Shown here in pieces: positions 17,922 through 26,279 of a stretch of 64,000 nt of DNA (position 1 is its first letter; the number at the start of each line of letters is the position of its first letter). A program made the position numbers and the translations under genes. The stretch comes from Prochlorococcus sp. AG-679-M23 (GTDB taxonomy: Bacteria > Cyanobacteriota > Cyanobacteriia > PCC-6307 > Cyanobiaceae): assembly GCA_003208875.1 (NCBI GenBank), contig QCUR01000006.1, positions 1 through 64,000 on the forward strand, read 5' to 3'. The notes under the pieces were generated by a model. The model was not told where the DNA came from and ran no database searches. It saw only the letters and a list, made by a program, of their open reading frames with translations.

Positions 17922-18068
17922 ATGAATCAAGATAAAAAATGGATGTTAATGACTTACTACTGCCCAACTCATGGTGATGCAGGAAAAGTAGAACCTATAC
18001 AAGTGACAAGGCAAGAAATTTACAGTAAATTATACGATAAGTCTAAATCTAAAAAGGAAATTAAATAA
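17922..18068 (+). CDS. 48-aa hypothetical protein
   Basis: MNQDKKWMLMTYYCPTHGDAGKVEPIQVTRQEIYSKLYDKSKSKKEIK; GAGG upstream. Confidence 0.6.
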   Translation: MNQDKKWMLMTYYCPTHGDAGKVEPIQVTRQEIYSKLYDKSKSKKEIK

Positions 18069-18098
18069 CCTAAATTTTCAAAAACAGGTAAGTAAAGC

Positions 18099-18133
18099 TT
18101 GACAGTGATAAGTATAAATACTTTTAGTAGGGT
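18099..18133 (+). promoter_or_regulatory. Promoter region with TTGACA and operator TAAGTA-TAAA-TACTTT
   Basis: TTGACA 18099-18104; operator 18109-18124. Confidence 0.55.
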
Positions 18134-18135
18134 GT

Positions 18136-18342
18136 ATCTTCAAGGACAAAAACGTCCGATATGCTTTAGTTAACCCCATCATTACTCGAGTCAAAGGCGT
18201 TGGCTTGAGCATTTTTAGGAGACTGCATTCTGGTTTACATGTATTTAAAGCGAACGTATTTGTTTATTGCAAAGTAATTAATAATAAATTTGAAAAATTA
18301 ACCTATAGAGGTTTAAGTTACTTTTGTGACTAAATTGAAGAT
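18136..18342 (+). ncRNA. Candidate structured RNA/leader containing a YRG-motif ORF
   Basis: Hairpins 18144-18157 and 18185-18209; 8-bp end-to-end complement 18136-18143/18335-18342. Confidence 0.4.
18205..18333 (+). CDS. 42-aa peptide with a DUF4278-like LTYRGxxY motif (TTG start, uncertain)
   Basis: MSIFRRLHSGLHVFKANVFVYCKVINNKFEKLTYRGLSYFCD; frame open from 18118. Confidence 0.5.
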   Translation: MSIFRRLHSGLHVFKANVFVYCKVINNKFEKLTYRGLSYFCD

Positions 18343-18371
18343 CTTAAGTTTCAAAAAACAAAAAATTAAAT

Positions 18372-19247
18372 TTATAGTTTGTTTTTTGATAATTTATTAG
18401 AGTTAATTATTTCCCATGCTTCTGAAGCTTTATCAGCATATTTAAAAATTTTTAAATCCTCTTCGCTAATAAGCCCGAGATCAGCAAGGAAGCCAAAATT
18501 AATTAAATTATTCCAATATTTCCTGCCAAATAAAATTATTGGAATTTCACTTTTCATTCCTGTTTGACGAAGAGTTAATAATTCAAATAATTCGTCTAAT
18601 GTCCCAAATCCTCCAGGAAAAAAAACAGCAGCAACAGAGCGCATTACAAAATGGATTTTGCGTAATGCAAAATAATTAAATTTAAAACAAAGTCCAGGTG
18701 TTATAAAAGAATTTGGGAATTGTTCATTCGGTAACTGTATGTTTAAACCAATAGACTTACAGTCTGCTTCAAAAGCGCCTCTATTAGCCGCCTCCATAAT
18801 TCCTGGTCCACCTCCTGTCACTATTACATGAGAATTGCATTTATCATTTTGATTATTTATTGAAGCTAGTTTTGAAAATTCTCTTGCGGATTCATAGTAA
18901 TGACTCATAGAAAGTAAATTTTTTAATTTGTTAAATTTATTTTTTAATTTAATAGATTGAGGACATTTTTCTAATAAGTTTTTTACTTCATCGATTTTGC
19001 TCTGAGCTGATGATTCTTCGATAATTTTTGCACCTCCAAAAACGATAATAGTTGAGATGATATTTTGTTCTTCTAGTACTAATTCAGGCTTAGTTATTTC
19101 CAGCAGCATTCTTACACCTCTCATTTCGTCTCTTCTAAGTAAATTAAGATCTTCCTGTGCAAGTTTGTAGGAATTTGAATCAAGTATTAAATTTAGATTT
19201 TTTTCTCTATTATCTGTATTATTGAGCTTTTTGAAGTCGTTAATCAT
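18372..19247 (-). CDS. LOG-family (lysine decarboxylase-like) nucleotide-binding protein
   Basis: TGGGPGIMEAANRGA, PGGFGTLDE. Confidence 0.93.
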   Translation of the reverse strand: MINDFKKLNNTDNREKNLNLILDSNSYKLAQEDLNLLRRDEMRGVRMLLEITKPELVLEEQNIISTIIVFGGAKIIEESSAQSKIDEVKNLLEKCPQSIKLKNKFNKLKNLLSMSHYYESAREFSKLASINNQNDKCNSHVIVTGGGPGIMEAANRGAFEADCKSIGLNIQLPNEQFPNSFITPGLCFKFNYFALRKIHFVMRSVAAVFFPGGFGTLDELFELLTLRQTGMKSEIPIILFGRKYWNNLINFGFLADLGLISEEDLKIFKYADKASEAWEIINSNKLSKNKL

Positions 19248-19344
19248 GGATTCAAGAATAAATATGTTTTTATATAGAGAATTGATCTTTTTAAAAATTG
19301 TTATTTAAAAAATAATAAATATAGTTTTTCTTTTACCTATTTAC

Positions 19345-19494
19345 CTATTCATCTAAATCGCATGTCAATTCACATTGATTCAGTTCAGAAGCAGAAATTC
19401 TATCCAAGATTCTCAGCATATCAATTTCAGAAAGATCTCCATTAGAGTTCCACTTTAGAGTTGTTTTTCTTTGAAGAGAATATCTTTTATTCAT
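19345..19494 (-). CDS. 49-aa hypothetical protein
   Basis: MNKRYSLQRKTTLKWNSNGDLSEIDMLRILDRISASELNQCELTCDLDE; GGAG upstream, overlaps the upstream ORF. Confidence 0.7.
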   Translation of the reverse strand: MNKRYSLQRKTTLKWNSNGDLSEIDMLRILDRISASELNQCELTCDLDE

Positions 19495-19645
19495 TTTTAT
19501 TTACTCCCTTAAGATGAATTTCTACACATCTAGTAATACATTCTTGATGTCCATCTACAATGCTGCATTCACTAATGCATTCAAAATATGAATCTATGGT
19601 ATCTTTTGCTTTTATTTGATTCGACGAAAAAAACAACTCATCCAT
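19487..19645 (-). CDS. 52-aa twin-CX3C microprotein
   Basis: MDELFFSSNQIKAKDTIDSYFECISECSIVDGHQECITRCVEIHLKGVNKNE; AAGGA upstream. Confidence 0.7.
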   Translation of the reverse strand: MDELFFSSNQIKAKDTIDSYFECISECSIVDGHQECITRCVEIHLKGVNKNE

Positions 19646-19827
19646 AATTTTTGTTCCTTAATGTGGAATGAGATATAGCATGACTTTAAAAAATAATTTT
19701 TCCTTTGTTAAGAAAATTGGGATAAATAAGTATTAGTTACTAGTCTTAAGTTTTGATTTTATAAAGAGGCAAAGGCACAGTTCCTAACTTGTTTTATTGG
19801 ATCTATTAAATACTTAAAAACTTAATC

Positions 19828-20061
19828 TTAGTAATTTAAATTTTTACTTTTAGGTTGATTCTTTAGCAACTTCTCTGATTTAGATTTATAACTATCTGGG
19901 TCCCAATCTTGTTGGATATCTTTAATGAAATCAAAAATAAATTCATTAGGACATTCAAGTTCTTTGTGAAGATCATTTAATTTTTGATGTATATATTTTT
20001 TAGTGCAATAAATTAATCTGTCTTTTTGATAATTTGTAGGCTGCCATTGTTTGTTATTCAT
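19828..20061 (-). CDS. Hypothetical protein (CPxE...WD family)
   Basis: 77-aa ORF; similar to 26280-26450. Confidence 0.7.
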   Translation of the reverse strand: MNNKQWQPTNYQKDRLIYCTKKYIHQKLNDLHKELECPNEFIFDFIKDIQQDWDPDSYKSKSEKLLKNQPKSKNLNY

Positions 20062-20106
20062 ACAGATTATTTCCTTATTACTATGCTTATATTCTTCTTA
20101 GTGGTA

Positions 20107-20146
20107 TTAAAAAGTAAATCAGCATAAAGACTGATTTACTTTTTAA
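20107..20146. repeat. Perfect 16-bp inverted repeat with an 8-bp spacer
   Basis: TTAAAAAGTAAATCAG-CATAAAGA-CTGATTTACTTTTTAA between divergent genes. Confidence 0.85.
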
Positions 20147-20158
20147 AAATTTCGTTAG

Positions 20159-20341
20159 ATGATAAGAATGTACTTTTTAGATTTTCAAATGAGATCAATT
20201 ATGAATTGGCTTTCTAAAATGTTAGAAAGCATGGCAAATGCTTTTATTCATCCTGTTAAAAATGATTTACCCCCATCTATTGGAGCTCACGCTTACAGTA
20301 GCATTCCTCTAAAAAGGAAAATGCGAAGAAGACTCAGCTAG
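20159..20341 (+). CDS. Small hypothetical protein (start may be a later ATG)
   Basis: MNWLSKML...PPSIG..AYS..P. Confidence 0.6.
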   Translation: MIRMYFLDFQMRSIMNWLSKMLESMANAFIHPVKNDLPPSIGAHAYSSIPLKRKMRRRLS

Positions 20342-20344
20342 TAT

Positions 20345-21451
20345 TTAATTAATTGGAATTAGATTCTGGTTCTTGCTGTCCCAAATAATATATCTAAAAC
20401 AATTTGGGAAATCACTTAATTTGAGAACTTTTGATTTTTGCAGTAAATGTTTATTTGCTTTATGACAAGATCTTAAATTGTAATTAGGAATTCTTTCTGA
20501 TAGATGATGAATGCTATGGAACGAAATATCAGCTAAAAACCAATTTAACCAATTTGGGATATCTAAATTGCTACTGCCAGAAATAGCCCCTTCGACAATA
20601 TCCCAATTTTTTGTATTACTTGCGTAGGCATTTTCATAGTTATGTTGTATAAAAAAGATACATATGAAAATCGCTGCTGAAAAAGTTAATATTAGTGAAT
20701 AAAAAGTTAAGAAAAAAGCAGCTCCTAACCATTTACACATAATTATCCATCCACTTATCACAATAATATTGTTTGCTATTAGATCGAATAATTCATCAAA
20801 ATTGTCTCCATAGTCAGAGAAAGGAGGCTTGATTCTCGATTGAATATTTAAAAGTTCTAAATAATTTCTTTTTTTTAATTTAATAAAAGTTTCTTGCATT
20901 AAAGTTTTTATAAAATTAAGGATAATTAGAATTAACCCTAATCTGGCTTTAATAACTAAATAAAAGAAACCACCAGGAAAAAGCATTAACCAATGTCTAC
21001 TTACCTTATAAATAATTTTTTCTCTTTTATTAAGAGCCTCATAATCTTCTAGGCTTAAAACATCAACAGGACCTTTGTAAATTTCCCAATTCCCATTATT
21101 CCTATGATGGAATGCATGGTCATTAGCCCAAGGTTTATGAGGTATCCCATTTAATAAACCCAGAAAAAACCCACATAAGTTATTCAAAGAACGTTTTTCA
21201 AATAAGGAATTATGTCCACAATCATGCATTAATGAGAATGTTCTCGAAGATAGGAGGGTAAGAAGAAAAAAAACTGGAATCAATAAAAACCCTTTTGTGA
21301 TTTGCAAAAGAGGAGAATATACAATTTTAGAGACAATAAACCAAAGAGAAATTACCGGTATAAGAGTATTTATTAGCTGATAGGAAGCTTTGAAATTATT
21401 TCTTTTAAGAAATGGCTTTAATATAAAATCAGACCTCTTGATTTTATTCAT
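20345..21451 (-). CDS. Membrane fatty acid desaturase (second, divergent)
   Basis: HDCGH, HAFHH, HSIHH His boxes; RIPNYNL. Confidence 0.9.
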   Translation of the reverse strand: MNKIKRSDFILKPFLKRNNFKASYQLINTLIPVISLWFIVSKIVYSPLLQITKGFLLIPVFFLLTLLSSRTFSLMHDCGHNSLFEKRSLNNLCGFFLGLLNGIPHKPWANDHAFHHRNNGNWEIYKGPVDVLSLEDYEALNKREKIIYKVSRHWLMLFPGGFFYLVIKARLGLILIILNFIKTLMQETFIKLKKRNYLELLNIQSRIKPPFSDYGDNFDELFDLIANNIIVISGWIIMCKWLGAAFFLTFYSLILTFSAAIFICIFFIQHNYENAYASNTKNWDIVEGAISGSSNLDIPNWLNWFLADISFHSIHHLSERIPNYNLRSCHKANKHLLQKSKVLKLSDFPNCFRYIIWDSKNQNLIPIN

Positions 21452-21577
21452 ATAAATTTTTCTTTAATTCTCTTTAATTAGGATAGCTTAGTTATTATTT
21501 ATCGTGGCAAAGTTTTCAATTTGCCGATATACGAAAACTATAGCCAATACTTCGTTATTGATTCATTTGATTGGAAT

Positions 21578-22573
21578 TTATTTTAAAGAATTACTCATAT
21601 CTATTAAAGTTTTTTCTAATGAAATAGGTTCCCAATTAAATATAGAAATAGTTTCCGTAATATCAGCGCCATAAGATCCTCTATTAACCATGGCAGCCAT
21701 ACTTTTCATCTCTTTATTAAATGGGGCCAGAGAATTTATCATTTTTGTAGGAATAAAGTTTTGTGGTGCTTTCTTGTAGCCATTTTTTCTTAAAATATTA
21801 GAAATTTCCATAATATTGATCCCTTGAGGAGAAGTCGCAATTATTCTTTTATTATCACTTTGGTTTTTTCTAAGAGATTCGACATGTAACTTGGCGACAT
21901 CTCTTACATCTACGACAGTAAAATATGCATCTGGTAGTGCTGGAAATTTACCATTAATCATTTTTGAAAGAAGTTCTGCCGAAGCACCATCAACATCATC
22001 ACTTAGCAGTGGACCAAAAACCATCCCAGGATGAATAGTTGTCATTGAAAAAGAGTGTTCATTGTCATTATGAATAAAATCCCATGCAGCTTTTTCTGCA
22101 ATTGTTTTACTTTTTACATATGCACCAACGTTTTTTGTTGTATCTGTCCAGTCTTCAGGCGAGCATAACTGCTTGTTATGCCCATATGCAATTGCAGCCA
22201 TAGAAGAAGTCAGGACAACTTTCTTGACTTTAGAGGAATTTTTTGAAGCATTCAATGCTCTTAAAGTTCCCTCTAATGCAGGATTGATAAGAATAGATTC
22301 CTTTTTTGGCTCTTCGATAGTAAAAGGAGATGCAACATGAAGAAGATAATCACAATCAAAGGCTGCCTCATCCCATCCCTCATCATCTAGAAGGTCAAGT
22401 TTACAAAATTCCAGCTTATGATTTTCTGAATCTTTATCAAGAGATTTTCTTACTTCATCTTCTCTATTCATATTTCTTAGAGATCCTTTGACAAGATAAC
22501 CTGCTTTTATTAGCTCATGTATGCAGTGAATAGCAATAAACCCAGATGCACCAGTAACTAAAACTTTTTCCAA
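21578..22573 (-). CDS. NAD(P)-dependent epimerase/aldehyde reductase (extended SDR)
   Basis: VTGASGFIA, HVASP, TSS, YVKSK. Confidence 0.92.
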   Translation of the reverse strand: MEKVLVTGASGFIAIHCIHELIKAGYLVKGSLRNMNREDEVRKSLDKDSENHKLEFCKLDLLDDEGWDEAAFDCDYLLHVASPFTIEEPKKESILINPALEGTLRALNASKNSSKVKKVVLTSSMAAIAYGHNKQLCSPEDWTDTTKNVGAYVKSKTIAEKAAWDFIHNDNEHSFSMTTIHPGMVFGPLLSDDVDGASAELLSKMINGKFPALPDAYFTVVDVRDVAKLHVESLRKNQSDNKRIIATSPQGINIMEISNILRKNGYKKAPQNFIPTKMINSLAPFNKEMKSMAAMVNRGSYGADITETISIFNWEPISLEKTLIDMSNSLK

Positions 22574-22719
22574 AATAATTTTGTTTTATTTCTACTTTTA
22601 TTATGATCTATTAGACTGCACAAAATACAAAAGGATTTTTAATAATATAGTTTTTAGAACTTTATTTTCAACATAAGTATTTAAGAATTTAAAAACTAAT
22701 GAGTTGCTTGAATATTATT

Positions 22720-22998
22720 TTAATTGCCATGATGTCTACTATTTCTTCTGGAGCGATCTTTTTGCTCCGCCTTGTTAACTCTAATTTCTCTACCCATCCA
22801 CTCGACATCTTGTAAATCATCAATCGCAGTTTTCTCGGAGCTTTCGCTAGTCATTTCAACAAAGCCAAAACCTCTTTTTCTTCCTGAATCCCTCTCCAAA
22901 GGGATTGTACATTTTTTAACTTCACCATAAGTCTTGAAAAGTTCTCTAAGGTCTTCTTCTTCAGTGTCCCAGGATAAATTCCCAACAAAAATTGTCAT
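22720..22998 (-). CDS. rbp: RRM RNA-binding protein
   Basis: RNP2 IFVGNL, RNP1 RGFGFVEM. Confidence 0.93.
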   Translation of the reverse strand: MTIFVGNLSWDTEEEDLRELFKTYGEVKKCTIPLERDSGRKRGFGFVEMTSESSEKTAIDDLQDVEWMGREIRVNKAEQKDRSRRNSRHHGN

Positions 22999-23147
22999 AA
23001 TTCAATAAATTATTTGGTAGAAGATGCAATAACAAGGCATATTAAATAAATATGTGATTAAACGCTTCTTATTTTTTACTATTGTATATCACTTATGTTT
23101 AATTTTTAGAGTTAGCTTTTAATTAATCTATTTATTTATTTTAAGAT

Positions 23148-23303
23148 TTAGAGAATAAACTCTTTAGACATTGTTCTTAATTGATCTAAATTTAGTTTAT
23201 TTAAATAATTTATTATTTCATTAGAACTTTCTCTCGATTTGAGATTTTGACTTTCGCAAATCAAACTGTTTGAGATTAGATCTATAAGATGTTGTTTGTC
23301 CAT
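23148..23303 (-). CDS. 51-aa hypothetical protein
   Basis: MDKQHLIDLISNSLICESQNLKSRESSNEIINYLNKLNLDQLRTMSKEFIL; AAGGAG upstream. Confidence 0.65.
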   Translation of the reverse strand: MDKQHLIDLISNSLICESQNLKSRESSNEIINYLNKLNLDQLRTMSKEFIL

Positions 23304-23441
23304 GACTCCTTATAAGCCATTTTTTTGTATTAAAAACTAAAAATCTTGAATTCCAAACCTTATTCTATGGTTATTATTAATATTTTTCTAATTTCGAAAC
23401 TATTTGTCTCTAAAAGTGGTTTTTAAATTTGTTTCTTAATT

Positions 23442-23663
23442 TTATAAATTTTTTAATTCTTGATCTATTTTTTGCAATCTTTCATTTAATTCTTGCTTTT
23501 CTTTTGATAAAGATTTTTTCTTTTTTTGGAGTTCTTTATTAAAAGGTGAATTAAAGTATTTTTGATAAGCTAAGAAAAATACTGCTAACGCTACAACAAT
23601 ACCAAGTGCTCCAATTATTAATAAAGGTGATGATGGGAAATCGTAAAAAGGTACTGAAGGCAT
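23442..23663 (-). CDS. Small TM plus coiled-coil protein
   Basis: One TM helix followed by a heptad-rich tail. Confidence 0.7.
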   Translation of the reverse strand: MPSVPFYDFPSSPLLIIGALGIVVALAVFFLAYQKYFNSPFNKELQKKKKSLSKEKQELNERLQKIDQELKNL

Positions 23664-23879
23664 TTGCTCTATAAACCTTTATCTTAGCTTTTTTTTGATT
23701 TAAATAATATAAGATAAATACCTAATATTTTATTTATCTAGTTTTTGCTATCAATAAAAAAAGTCTTACCCAATTATATAAACAAATTTTCTAAAGTAAC
23801 TTATTAATAATCCTTCCAAATATAAATATGAGTAATTGTACAGGTGTCAAATAGATAATGATCAATAATCATTAATGTA

Positions 23880-24215
23880 GTGAATATATTGTTAATGAAG
23901 AAAATCGTTAAAGAAGAGAGTGAGAATACATCTGAATTATGGTTTAATTGGTTGACTAGAAAACTAAATTCTTATGAGGCTTTTAAAGACTTTGCCTCAG
24001 GTCAAAATCCTGAAGATGTAGCAGAGAATTTTGTTGCAATTAATAGTTTGGGGATATCCGATATTTTTGATAAATTTGATGAAGAAGATAAAGATACACT
24101 TGACCAATTTCAAAAGTTATCTGAATGTGAATGGCATGTATTCAGAATTCTTAAAAAACAATTAGAATTTAAAAATAAAGTAACTTTTGTTGATTTTAAA
24201 AAAAATAAAAAATAA
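23880..24215 (+). CDS. Hypothetical protein (paralog of 35770-36036)
   Basis: ELWF.W, AE.FV, KFDE, F.KLSE.E.H shared; likely start ATG 23895. Confidence 0.75.
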   Translation: MNILLMKKIVKEESENTSELWFNWLTRKLNSYEAFKDFASGQNPEDVAENFVAINSLGISDIFDKFDEEDKDTLDQFQKLSECEWHVFRILKKQLEFKNKVTFVDFKKNKK

Positions 24216-24255
24216 AAGAAAAAAAATAAAGTTTATAAAACGCTTTAAATTTTAA

Positions 24256-24293
24256 GTACGGTTTAATGAACATCTTTGTTCGGTTAAGACATG
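24256..24293. promoter_or_regulatory. Tandem K-box-like sites
   Basis: GTACGG-TTTA-ATGAAC (24256) and GTTCGG-TTAA-GACATG (24278), 22-bp period. Confidence 0.5.
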
Positions 24294-24351
24294 AAAATTA
24301 GGCTCAATGTAGACCATCTTTTTATTAAGTTATAAGAAATTAATAGATATC

Positions 24352-24483
24352 ATGAAAAACTTGATTAGCTCCTTCTCTGTTCTTAATTTTAAAAAGTATT
24401 TGCATAAAAATTTAAAGGAAAATACTTTGAACAATAAAGAAAATTTAGTTCATTACAGAAGGGATTTAGACTCTTTAGGTTGA
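24352..24483 (+). CDS. 43-aa hypothetical protein
   Basis: MKNLISSFSVLNFKKYLHKNLKENTLNNKENLVHYRRDLDSLG. Confidence 0.5.
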   Translation: MKNLISSFSVLNFKKYLHKNLKENTLNNKENLVHYRRDLDSLG

Positions 24484-24493
24484 TAATCAAAAT

Positions 24494-24829
24494 TTAAAAA
24501 AATTTTGACTTCCCATTTCCAGATTTACCAAAACCAATCCATAAGAACCATACTATCCAGCCAAAAACAGGTATCAAATTTATAAATATCCACTTCCAGT
24601 TCTTTCCAAAGTCTCTTAACCTTCTAACATCAATAGCAATCTGAGGGACTATACAAACTAATCCATAAATATTAAAACCAAATGTTCTTAGAAATATTGG
24701 AATAGTAAAAATTGATATAATAATGTTTACTAATTGAACTCGCCACCAATCAGATCTTGTTGTTGTGCTATTAAAGTTTGTAGCTTTAAGCCAAAATTCT
24801 TGATAGGCATTCAAAAAATTCTTATACAT
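24494..24829 (-). CDS. DUF805 inner-membrane protein
   Basis: F...TTRSDWW, VRRLRD.GK.WKW, LIPVFG. Confidence 0.88.
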   Translation of the reverse strand: MYKNFLNAYQEFWLKATNFNSTTTRSDWWRVQLVNIIISIFTIPIFLRTFGFNIYGLVCIVPQIAIDVRRLRDFGKNWKWIFINLIPVFGWIVWFLWIGFGKSGNGKSKFF

Positions 24830-24915
24830 AAGATCTAAATTTAATCATTTATTAAATAAACATTATTATTCAAAGATTATTCACTTAAGAGAATTAATTT
24901 ATGTATGCCTTAATT

Positions 24916-25080
24916 TTAAATAGGATCGAATAAATTCACATTGTTTTTAATTATGTTTTGATTTTGATTTTGATTTGGTAATGTACAAAAGCCGTCCTTA
25001 CAAATGATATTTTCTTTTTCAATTTTCAATGACTGGGGGAAAGCATCATCCTTTGAATTATTAGAAGATTCAATTTGCAT
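24916..25080 (-). CDS. 54-aa hypothetical protein
   Basis: MQIESS...IICKDGFCTLPNQNQNQNIIKNNVNLFDPI. Confidence 0.6.
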   Translation of the reverse strand: MQIESSNNSKDDAFPQSLKIEKENIICKDGFCTLPNQNQNQNIIKNNVNLFDPI

Positions 25081-25161
25081 ATATATAAAATTAAAAGAAA
25101 CATCATTAAATTAATAACTAAATTTATTTGAATAGGCAACAAAATTAATAATAATTATCTT

Positions 25162-25260
25162 TTACTTCTTTTTTTGATTTGGAAGATCTCTCCAAAATAG
25201 AGCCATGACATAGATAAATAAAAAAATAGAAAAAATATAAAGTAGAGAATTAAGATGCAT
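25162..25260 (-). CDS. 32-aa TM microprotein
   Basis: MHLNSLLYIFSIFLFIYVMALFWRDLPNQKKK. Confidence 0.5.
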   Translation of the reverse strand: MHLNSLLYIFSIFLFIYVMALFWRDLPNQKKK

Positions 25261-25416
25261 CTTGAGTTTTCGTCAGAAAAAGCTTATTAAAACAAAATAT
25301 TAATCCAATAAATGAGCAATTTCTATTTAACTTAAGATATATTTTAAATATAATTTATAGTTTGATTTCTTCTGGTTTATAAAATTTACATGAAGAATAA
25401 AGGGAAATAAAAATGC

Positions 25417-25536
25417 TTATTTGGTATTTTTACTCATTTCTTTAAGAGCCTCCTTACCTTCTTTAAGCGTTTTATTTACTAACCAATAAAGAAAAAGGAG
25501 AATCAAAATGGCTAACATTATTAATGACGTAGTCAT
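25417..25536 (-). CDS. 39-aa TM microprotein
   Basis: MTTSLIMLAILILLFLYWLVNKTLKEGKEALKEMSKNTK. Confidence 0.55.
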   Translation of the reverse strand: MTTSLIMLAILILLFLYWLVNKTLKEGKEALKEMSKNTK

Positions 25537-25598
25537 TTTAAATTATGATAGTTAATTTCATTTCTAAAATTTTTGAGTTTATATTTCGAAAATCAGAA

Positions 25599-25778
25599 TT
25601 AATTCTTAGCGCTTGAGTATGCAGGAATCATCATTCCTCCATCTTGATCATCATTATCATCGTCAAATCCACCACCAAGAAACAACTCAACCAATACTAA
25701 TATTGCTATGGGGTAGAAACACCATAAGATTGCTGAAAAAGGACTTATTGAAGAAGTTGTTGAGTAAATTTCTGTCAT
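25599..25778 (-). CDS. 59-aa TM protein with acidic DDDNDDQDGG tail
   Basis: MTEIYS...AILWCFYPIAILVLVELFLGGGFDDDNDDQDGGMMIPAYSSAKN. Confidence 0.8.
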   Translation of the reverse strand: MTEIYSTTSSISPFSAILWCFYPIAILVLVELFLGGGFDDDNDDQDGGMMIPAYSSAKN

Positions 25779-26006
25779 ACAAATATAATAAACAAAAAAA
25801 AAGTTAATTGTGGATATTTTGATCTGTATTCTCTCCTAGAAATTTTATGAAATACAAAATGAAAAACTAGAATAATAATTGTTAGGTAAAGGGTCTAGAG
25901 AATAATTCTTTAAGAAATTATCTCCTTATTTGATTTCAAAATATAAGTTTTTTACTTAAATATTTTCTACTAATTAACTAATATTGACGTATTGAGAGAT
26001 ATCAAT

Positions 26007-26020
26007 GTAACGAATGTTAC
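26007..26020. promoter_or_regulatory. NtcA-box-like site
   Basis: GTAAC-GAAT-GTTAC = GTA-N8-TAC, 62 bp upstream of a 42-aa ORF. Confidence 0.55.
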
Positions 26021-26082
26021 TTAACAATAATTGTGGAATTTGGATTCAAAAACTATTATTTATTTTGATTTTATAGTTTTTT

Positions 26083-26211
26083 ATGTTCTCTTTCACTTTT
26101 GACCCTTTAGCTGCAATTTTTGGTATTGCAGGAATAGTAGGGTTTGTTTTCTTTGTATCAGCGGCTAAGGGAACTTCAAGTATTAATACAAGTGCTAAAA
26201 AAGATATTTAA
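26083..26211 (+). CDS. 42-aa TM microprotein
   Basis: MFSFTFDPLAAIFGIAGIVGFVFFVSAAKGTSSINTSAKKDI. Confidence 0.7.
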   Translation: MFSFTFDPLAAIFGIAGIVGFVFFVSAAKGTSSINTSAKKDI

Positions 26212-26279
26212 GTCAAAATTGATAAATAATATAAAAGTAATTTTAATTACTAATTTCTTTTAGAAAGATTTATCAATCA

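Noticed and set aside
18136..18225. Canonical Downstream-peptide/glnA glutamine riboswitch
   Set aside because: The conserved core as I recall it (CGUUCA...GGAACG) is not present; kept only as an unassigned structured leader
25613..25807. His-rich 64-aa plus-strand ORF (HHYHRQIHH)
   Set aside because: The His run is the antisense image of the Asp/Gly codons of the minus-strand 59-aa gene, which has an in-window paralog
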